Shown here: positions 57,420 to 64,000 of the stretch, piece by piece
Position numbering within the stretch: the first letter of the stretch is position 1
Layout of the letters: each line of letters opens with the position of its first letter
Origin: a virus
DNA: 64,000 bases
Virus record (IMG/VR): IMGVR_UViG_3300032286_000710
Location: 64,001 to 128,000 of that record
Strand: one strand, 5' to 3'
Position numbers and translations under genes: made by a program
Notes under the pieces: generated by a model
The model's database searches: none
What the model saw: the letters and a program-made list of their open reading frames with translations, nothing else
What the model was told of the DNA's origin: nothing

Positions 57420-57429
57420 TAATATACAC
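57420..57429 (-). promoter_or_regulatory. Putative late promoter GTGTATATTA
   Basis: GTGTATA core about 30 nt upstream of the protease start. Confidence 0.65.
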
Positions 57430-57460
57430 AAAAATCGTATAAACATATTAAATTGATTGC

Positions 57461-57841
57461 TTAACGATCACCAATTAGAGAGGCATTAAAGTTTTGAGGA
57501 GTCTGTGGCGGGAGGTTATCATTGTCGATAACTGTTACAGTTCCATCTTGGTTCATAGTAAACTGACCAACTAAAGATAATGAATTATATATTGCTTCGG
57601 GCTTTATACTAGCAATAAATTGGCCTAAAGCGTAGTGTAATCTAAATACTTCCACCGCGTTTGGCCCAAGGGCTTCAGCAATTTCTGATGGTTTTAATCC
57701 ATAGGGATTTCTCCAAAATAAAACCGTACCATCATTAAAAGAGTCAGTTATTTGATGAAATGTCTGACGGGCTTGATCGATCATTTGCTTGGCAGATTGT
57801 TCTGCTAGATTTGGCTGAACATTACCATCTAAAATACTCAT
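57461..57841 (-). CDS. Hypothetical protein
   Basis: 126 aa, GGAG RBS. Confidence 0.65.
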   Translation of the reverse strand: MSILDGNVQPNLAEQSAKQMIDQARQTFHQITDSFNDGTVLFWRNPYGLKPSEIAEALGPNAVEVFRLHYALGQFIASIKPEAIYNSLSLVGQFTMNQDGTVTVIDNDNLPPQTPQNFNASLIGDR

Positions 57842-58014
57842 ATTATTTCTCCATTATTTAGACTTGATAAGTAGCTTTCAACCACAGTATTTACTTCTTC
57901 TTGAGTTGGATAATGATCAAATTTGAAGAATTGAGTTGAGTTTTCATCAACCGATACTCTCACTCTGTATTTATCAGCAGCATCAAGAAAAACTTCAGTA
58001 ATTTTATAGTTCAT
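57838..58014 (-). CDS. Small hypothetical protein (58 aa), absent from the ORF track
   Basis: MNYKITEVFLDAADKYRVRVSVDENSTQFFKFDHYPTQEEVNTVVESYLSSLNNGEII; AAGGTG RBS; ATGA overlap with the next gene; fills the gap exactly. Confidence 0.8.
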   Translation of the reverse strand: MNYKITEVFLDAADKYRVRVSVDENSTQFFKFDHYPTQEEVNTVVESYLSSLNNGEII

Positions 58015-58022
58015 AATTCACC

Positions 58023-61000
58023 TTAAACTTGAGTTATACTTAAATCATCTACATATCCAGTATATGTTGATCCTCCCCAGCATTCTGCCAAAATTTCAAC
58101 AACGCCAGTTTCTGTTGGGGTAAAACTTAAACTAACTTGTTGCCAAGTATCTGCCGATTCTGTCATATACGAAACAACATCGCTAGATACACCACCTATT
58201 TGACCCCCCTTTATTCTTAATCTCATTACTAAACCAACATTAGTTCTTCTCATCCACGCCCTTACTGTAACTAAACTATTAGCACTAACAGCTATTTTTG
58301 CTAAACTTAAATCTAAAGGATAGTCAATATATCTAGCTGTATTAGTGGGAGCCATGGCCCAAGCTATACCATTGTTAGTATTCCTTACGCTCGTAGTAGT
58401 ATATATTAATCCATATTCACAGAAAATATTATGATTATTTGTAGTTTGATCATGATTATGAGAAAATATTTTAGAGTTTAATCCATATCCAGCTGCATTA
58501 TAAATTGTTTCTGTGGTATCGTTCACCGCACAATTTACTAAATATAATGCTGGAGAATATGATCTAACTGATGCTGTTGAATTGGTAGAAAAAGTACAAT
58601 TTTTAACTGTAATATCAGATCCAAATGAATTATCTATACCATATGTCCAGCTATCAGAAATAATACCACTATTACAAATCAATAAATTTCCCGGTGTAGG
58701 ATTAATACCAACAATATTATTTTTGATGATGAAATTATTTAAATAGTTACCCTGCACATTATAGTATGTAAGACCATTTCCATTATTACTCATAATAGTA
58801 AAATTATTTAAGTAGCATTGACCAGCATTACTAAACATATAAACGCCACCAAGACTATTATAACAACAATAAATATTATTGTATACAACATTCTTAATTT
58901 CTCTTAGGTATAATCCACCATTTCCTTCATTGTTATTAAAATGACAATTAGAAACTGTAGATGAGGTTGCTCCGTTAGGAGAAAATCCAAAATAAAATCT
59001 AACACAACACATTCTATCTACATTTAAGCATGATCCCGGTATATAATAATTATACATTCCATAACCATAACCATTTCTACCATCAAACCAACTTTCTCCC
59101 GTCCTTGTACTCATGTCTGTTCTATTCCATCCAAATAAATAATTAATTGGATTTGTTGGAACAGCACCGCCTCTTTGAAAATTTAACAAAGAAACATTAT
59201 TTGTGCTTGTTGCTGTGGCAAGTGGTACTTTAATAGTTTCTCTTTTGTATGTTGTTACTGTTTCGCTTGTCCCATCATATCCCGGTATCTGCATGTTTGC
59301 GGTCCCAATTGAAATTGGACCCCACTGACCACCAGTATCAAGCATCACTCTTGTTCCGTTAATACTTTGGATACCACACCAAGTTTCTCCGCTGGTATTT
59401 TTACCAATCAACGAACAAAGATTAAGACTATCGGCACTAGAACTTGCTTTGCAGGCAATAATATTAGATAGCAGGAATGTTTGAGTACCATTGTCGGTAT
59501 TCACATAGAAACCTATGCTTTGAATGCTAGATCCTAAATTTGTTGCAAGATCTATGGTTATCGGTGTCCATCTATTAAGTACCGTTAAATTCTCAATATT
59601 GAATGTATTTACTGCTGTTGCTCCAGCAGTATCACTACATAATACTAATGATATTGCTCCACTTGCGCCAATAGTTCCTGCTGTTTGTTTGATCCAAAAA
59701 CTTAGTTGTTGATATCCACTTAAGTTTAATGATCCAGTAGCTTTATAAGCGGCTAATCCCGTTGTAAAATTTGGTCCAACTGCTATGGAATCTGAACAGT
59801 CGCCCTCTTTAATACCGCCTGCGACATCAGTAGTAACTAAAGATGTTGTTATATCAGCAGTTTGTGGTGTCCAAGCTGTTCGTCCATTTCCTCTATTTCC
59901 GTGACTAGCAATATTAACTATTGGGGATGATGATAATATTACTCTTTGATTGGAAACTTTTCTTAAAAATCCAACAGTTCCTCCAACTGCATTTCCCGTT
60001 GATCCTACAAGTGCGCAGGTTGAACCGGTAACACTAGTCACTTCCCATGTTCCATTAGCATTAATATTAGTTGTATGGCCTGTTATTACAACAGTATCTC
60101 CATTACTTATTCCTAAAGTTGCCATAGTGCTAGCACAACTTACAACAATAGGAGATGCATTTGTAGTGCTATTTATACTAGAACTTCCTTGCATTTTTGA
60201 ACCAACCCATGTGGCACTACCAATGCTGGTAGGGTCTGGACTACTCATTATTTTGACCGTATCATCACTAACTAATCTTGTTGATAAAGCTCCATTAGTT
60301 ATAGTTTTCCATCTTCCGCCAATATAATATTGTCTAATAGCACTTTGAACAGATACGGGCGATGCAGAAGTAGGTGATTGATTTATTCGTAAACTAGTAG
60401 AACTAAGCCATTGAGTAATATAATATTGAATATAACTAGTACCATTATATATACTTAAACATTGTTCTGGTGGTTTTTCATAACTCGTTGCTGATGATCC
60501 TTGTTCTATTTGTAATCCACAAATATATAAACCACTTAATGAATCTCCATTATAATTAACAGTAGTCAAACCGGTATCAGTATTAGGTATTAAAATAATT
60601 TGTATATTATCACCAACCCCAGCCGTTGTGGCGGTTAATGTTAATCTATACCACCCATTTCCTAATGGAGTACTTATTGATGATGTTGCACTTGCTCCGG
60701 TTGCTTCTACTGTTCCATTACTAAGATTAAACCTTGCGGCTTTTGCATCACTATCTAGTCTTAAAATAATTTTTGTTCTTTCAGAAGCTTTTGCATAAAC
60801 AGATATTGTATATGGTGTGGTTGCTAAAAAAGGAGTATAATATGTTGCACTTTGAAAATAATGAAAATTAAGAATTGAATCTTCAGTAAGTCTATATACA
60901 GACGCATCTACACCGGTTGGACCAGTTATGGAATCTTTTGATAAGATAACGGAAGTTAAAATAGAATTTAAATAAAGTGAATTAGAGTACCAAGCTAAAT

Positions 61001-61178
61001 TTTTAGTTGGTGCTAAAGTATTATTGTTTAGAAAATTTGCAGTTGCAGATGAGAATGTGCCAAATACTGTACTGACTCCAGTTGCTGTTGCTCCGTCAGC
61101 AGCATTAGCTAATAAAGTAAAGCTACTACCAGCATAATTATCGTTTCCATTATCATAATCTACAAAAAATGTTGTCAT
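58023..61178 (-). CDS. Multidomain spike protein: carbohydrate-binding-like modules and a right-handed beta-helix
   Basis: FFVDYDNGND start, YTISVYAK..GNGWYRL..GLQIEQGSSATSY module, LSFWIK module, Asn/Gly/Cys-ladder beta-helix in the C-terminal third. Confidence 0.7.
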   Translation of the reverse strand: MTTFFVDYDNGNDNYAGSSFTLLANAADGATATGVSTVFGTFSSATANFLNNNTLAPTKNLAWYSNSLYLNSILTSVILSKDSITGPTGVDASVYRLTEDSILNFHYFQSATYYTPFLATTPYTISVYAKASERTKIILRLDSDAKAARFNLSNGTVEATGASATSSISTPLGNGWYRLTLTATTAGVGDNIQIILIPNTDTGLTTVNYNGDSLSGLYICGLQIEQGSSATSYEKPPEQCLSIYNGTSYIQYYITQWLSSTSLRINQSPTSASPVSVQSAIRQYYIGGRWKTITNGALSTRLVSDDTVKIMSSPDPTSIGSATWVGSKMQGSSSINSTTNASPIVVSCASTMATLGISNGDTVVITGHTTNINANGTWEVTSVTGSTCALVGSTGNAVGGTVGFLRKVSNQRVILSSSPIVNIASHGNRGNGRTAWTPQTADITTSLVTTDVAGGIKEGDCSDSIAVGPNFTTGLAAYKATGSLNLSGYQQLSFWIKQTAGTIGASGAISLVLCSDTAGATAVNTFNIENLTVLNRWTPITIDLATNLGSSIQSIGFYVNTDNGTQTFLLSNIIACKASSSADSLNLCSLIGKNTSGETWCGIQSINGTRVMLDTGGQWGPISIGTANMQIPGYDGTSETVTTYKRETIKVPLATATSTNNVSLLNFQRGGAVPTNPINYLFGWNRTDMSTRTGESWFDGRNGYGYGMYNYYIPGSCLNVDRMCCVRFYFGFSPNGATSSTVSNCHFNNNEGNGGLYLREIKNVVYNNIYCCYNSLGGVYMFSNAGQCYLNNFTIMSNNGNGLTYYNVQGNYLNNFIIKNNIVGINPTPGNLLICNSGIISDSWTYGIDNSFGSDITVKNCTFSTNSTASVRSYSPALYLVNCAVNDTTETIYNAAGYGLNSKIFSHNHDQTTNNHNIFCEYGLIYTTTSVRNTNNGIAWAMAPTNTARYIDYPLDLSLAKIAVSANSLVTVRAWMRRTNVGLVMRLRIKGGQIGGVSSDVVSYMTESADTWQQVSLSFTPTETGVVEILAECWGGSTYTGYVDDLSITQV

Positions 61179-62272
61179 TATACATTCCTATTTAAAGAAG
61201 CTTGAAAAGATTTAATTATATTGTAGTAAGTTGAAACTTCTGTAGAATTCATTTGGTTTCCTATTGAATATGCTCCAAGTCGGTCTGCACCAAAACCGGC
61301 TAGAGTTCCTTTCCTATTAGTTGCAAAAATTGCTACTCCATAAGCTGGAAAAGTTTGATAAGTAGGAACTCTAGATGATAAAGATCCAGTATCTTGTAAA
61401 CCATTTCTATATAAAATTTGTGATGATCCGGCAGAGCGAGAAGAAGAACATAAGCTAAAGAATGCTGATGTTGTAGATGTGTCGCCTTGACTACCAACAC
61501 TAGATGCCAAACATGATCTTAATACATTGGAACTACCATAATCCATATTAAAAGTAGTCCAACCAGAATCAAACGCATTATCACATCCAAGTATATGCTG
61601 AGATATTACTGGGCTTGGAACACAATTAAAAGCAGCAAGATGACATCCATCATTCATAGAAGTTGGTAATAATCCAGTAAATAATCCTTTAGTAGAACTA
61701 TTTCCTATTAATCCACCGTTAGATCCCGTTTCATTATAATCAGATGAAACAAAGTTAAAATTTATATCTGAAGCATAACCAAAAATTGTTTGACTGCCAC
61801 CGGCTGAATAATTAGTTGGCCCAACATATATTGGAACTAGACAAGCTTGCAAATTATTTCCACAAAATAAATTGAGCCTATAGAATTTATTTCTTAGCCC
61901 CGCATTATCTATAGCATTACAAAAAATATTTAACGATGATATCGTAGAACTGTTAACAGTACCACCATTCCAATAAACAGTATTAAGCCAGTTTTGCACA
62001 TCTCTATGATTAGAGGTTAGATCTATTTTTTTAATATCAATTGAATAAGCATTATTACTAGCATAGAATGGCTGACCCAAAGACGCAAAATCCAAACTTC
62101 TAGTATCTTGAAATTTTGAAGCTATATTAACAAATGGTTGACCAAGATAAGCAAAATCCATAGTTTGTATTTTATCTTTGGCTGGTAGTTTGTTAACATT
62201 AGTAACTCTACCCTTGTTACCAATATAACTAAGTTTAAATGAGTTTCCAGCTTTTCTAACATTAAATGACAT
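61178..62272 (-). CDS. Putative virion protein (LamG/concanavalin-like C-terminus)
   Basis: NGGTV..AGLRNKFYRLNLFCG..LYRNG..FQASLNRNV pattern; GGAG RBS favours ATG at 62272. Confidence 0.6.
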   Translation of the reverse strand: MSFNVRKAGNSFKLSYIGNKGRVTNVNKLPAKDKIQTMDFAYLGQPFVNIASKFQDTRSLDFASLGQPFYASNNAYSIDIKKIDLTSNHRDVQNWLNTVYWNGGTVNSSTISSLNIFCNAIDNAGLRNKFYRLNLFCGNNLQACLVPIYVGPTNYSAGGSQTIFGYASDINFNFVSSDYNETGSNGGLIGNSSTKGLFTGLLPTSMNDGCHLAAFNCVPSPVISQHILGCDNAFDSGWTTFNMDYGSSNVLRSCLASSVGSQGDTSTTSAFFSLCSSSRSAGSSQILYRNGLQDTGSLSSRVPTYQTFPAYGVAIFATNRKGTLAGFGADRLGAYSIGNQMNSTEVSTYYNIIKSFQASLNRNV

Positions 62273-62286
62273 TATTATTCTCCATA

Positions 62287-63945
62287 TTACGGTATTACTG
62301 TCCAACCCTTACTAAGAGCAATACCAGTATTGCTAGCAGATGCTCCCCAATTGCCGGTAATAACAATAGTTGTACCAGCAGAAACACCGCTGCTAAGAAG
62401 ATTAGTATATATATTATTTAATGCTCCAGATGATAGCGATAACCCGCCTAGATTAATGCTAGCACTTAAACCAGATCCATTTATAGTTTCCAAGGAAACG
62501 CACCCATTAAACATATTGTTAGTATTTCCTACTGTCGCATTATACCCTGTTGTTGCGCTGGTAGCACTCATATTTAAACCAGATACTATTCTAAGTTTAG
62601 TACAACCGGTAAACATGCCAGTAAAATTATTTACATTTCTGGTATCTAGTCCAGATACTGCTTCTAGATTTCTACAATTTTGAAACATATTACTCATATT
62701 GGTTACGCCACTAGTATTAGTTAATATTGGTATAGTTTTTAGTAGACCGCAATTACCAAACATAAAATCAGTTCTTGTTGCTGACGCTAAATTAAAAGGA
62801 CCAGCCCCTGTTATGCTAGTAGCTAAATAGGCAAAATTTTGAAAAGTAGTATTTTTACTAGTATCAAATGATGGAATGTTTTGTAAACTAAAAGCTTGAA
62901 AGAATATACTGGCCATATTTGTAACACCGCTAGTATTAAATAATGGTACTTGTTTAAGTCTTGAAGCACCACTAAACATTCCGTTCATACCTGTACAAGA
63001 TATAGTATTAAAGAATGGCACTGACTCAAGAGAGGAGCATCCTCCGAACATATTACTCATATTTGTAACTTTAGAAGTATCAAAAAATGGTACTGTTTTT
63101 AGTAAATAACAGGATTGAAACATAGAATTCATAGCAGTAACTTTTCTAGTATCATATGGGGGTACATACTTTAATGAAGTGCAAGTATTAAAGAACGGGC
63201 CAACTGTTGCATTGCTACTATCATAAAAGGGGGCATGTTCTAGTGAGCTACAATTATCAAAAAATGAAGTATTTGTTAATAAAGAAGTATTTGGTAAAAT
63301 AACATTTTTTAATGAATAGCAAAATCTAAATAGAGATGACATACCTACGCCTATACTATCACTTACCTTATTAAGTATAATTGCGCTTTCTAAATATGGT
63401 GGTATATTAACATTACTTCCACCACCTAAACTCAAAGTAACAAGTCCACTACCATTAACTATAAACTCTAACCATTTACTCTGGTAGGTACTTAAAGATG
63501 ATTGATTATGTTTTCTATCTTGAGCAAATCCAACCAGTTCAACACCAGCACTTCCAGAAGGTATTATACTAACAATAACCTGTTTATATCCTAAAGATGA
63601 TGCATTGCCACTATTACTAGTAGAACTATCTGCTATATTAGCATAGTTGTATTTATATTGAATATTAGTCATAGTATTATTAGTAACAAAACTTTGAACA
63701 GTTCCATCTCCCCAATCAACTGTAACTCCATTAGGGGTAGCTCCTTGGGCTTGAGCACCAAAACATATGAAGTTATTATCACTATCGTCTACTCTATATA
63801 ATCCTACTATTCTTTGAGTACCAGTAGCACTAATATCTGGCATGGTCATCCATAGTGGATTACGCACCCAAGGAGTTATTGCTAATTCTTGGTTAACTAA
63901 GTTTCTAGTATTAGCATTTCTACTAACATTAGTGTTAATACTCAT
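62287..63945 (-). CDS. BspA/DUF285-type leucine-rich-repeat surface protein
   Basis: About 10 repeats of the FDTSKVTNMSNMFGGCSSLESVP type; VDWGDG PKD-like motif. Confidence 0.85.
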   Translation of the reverse strand: MSINTNVSRNANTRNLVNQELAITPWVRNPLWMTMPDISATGTQRIVGLYRVDDSDNNFICFGAQAQGATPNGVTVDWGDGTVQSFVTNNTMTNIQYKYNYANIADSSTSNSGNASSLGYKQVIVSIIPSGSAGVELVGFAQDRKHNQSSLSTYQSKWLEFIVNGSGLVTLSLGGGSNVNIPPYLESAIILNKVSDSIGVGMSSLFRFCYSLKNVILPNTSLLTNTSFFDNCSSLEHAPFYDSSNATVGPFFNTCTSLKYVPPYDTRKVTAMNSMFQSCYLLKTVPFFDTSKVTNMSNMFGGCSSLESVPFFNTISCTGMNGMFSGASRLKQVPLFNTSGVTNMASIFFQAFSLQNIPSFDTSKNTTFQNFAYLATSITGAGPFNLASATRTDFMFGNCGLLKTIPILTNTSGVTNMSNMFQNCRNLEAVSGLDTRNVNNFTGMFTGCTKLRIVSGLNMSATSATTGYNATVGNTNNMFNGCVSLETINGSGLSASINLGGLSLSSGALNNIYTNLLSSGVSAGTTIVITGNWGASASNTGIALSKGWTVIP

Positions 63946-64000
63946 GTTATTTCGCTTCCGAATACGTTAAAGGATAAACCGCTGTTACTTGGAGTATAAA
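63942..64000 (-). CDS. 3' end of an upstream structural gene (partial)
   Basis: ..YTPSNSGLSFNVFGSEIT-stop, with an ATGA overlap onto 63945. Confidence 0.6.
   Translation of the reverse strand, partial: YTPSNSGLSFNVFGSEIT

Noticed and set aside
1-64000. Alternative genetic code (stop-codon reassignment)
   Set aside because: ORFs tile densely under code 11, and TAA, TGA and TAG all serve as stops at sensible gene ends.
1-64000. tRNA, rRNA, intron or intein
   Set aside because: Intergenic gaps are too short and lack cloverleaf motifs; no interrupted gene or intein terminal motif was recognised.

Overview
This window is a fragment of a large, AT-rich tailed dsDNA phage genome (Caudoviricetes, standard genetic code, strong AGGAG Shine-Dalgarno sites). 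It has two converging transcription units. On the + strand (1-6.6 kb) is a translationally coupled operon of sugar-modifying genes (LicC-like NTP transferase, CgeB-like GT, GT2, WecB epimerase, GT-D-fold GT), followed by a Vsr/DUF559-type endonuclease, a Rad52-like annealing protein, a Zn-ribbon protein and a small secreted Pro/Val-rich protein, ending at an intrinsic terminator. On the - strand (64 kb to 6.65 kb) is a nearly complete virion morphogenesis region: BspA/DUF285 LRR and beta-helix spike proteins, prohead protease-scaffold, decoration protein, major capsid protein, fibres, two mucin-like Thr/Ser- and Cys-rich proteins flanking a nucleotidyltransferase, neck/tail-completion genes, tail tube, two paralogous chaperone-like genes, a 2256-aa tape measure protein, a 3737-aa FG-GAP protein and distal tail genes. 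No sheath, portal, terminase, tRNA or CRISPR was seen, so a siphovirus-like tail is suggested. The best candidates for new biology are: (1) a phage-encoded virion glycosylation system (GT cluster, mucin-like virion proteins, Ser-Gly-biased outer proteins); (2) a tape measure protein with FAxGG-delimited cargo modules, including a PD-(D/E)xK nuclease-like domain; (3) tail chaperones made by gene duplication, with an AUG-in-loop terminator/uORF instead of a frameshift; (4) a GTGTATAWTA phage promoter found five times. All functional calls come from motif recognition by eye; no database searches were run.
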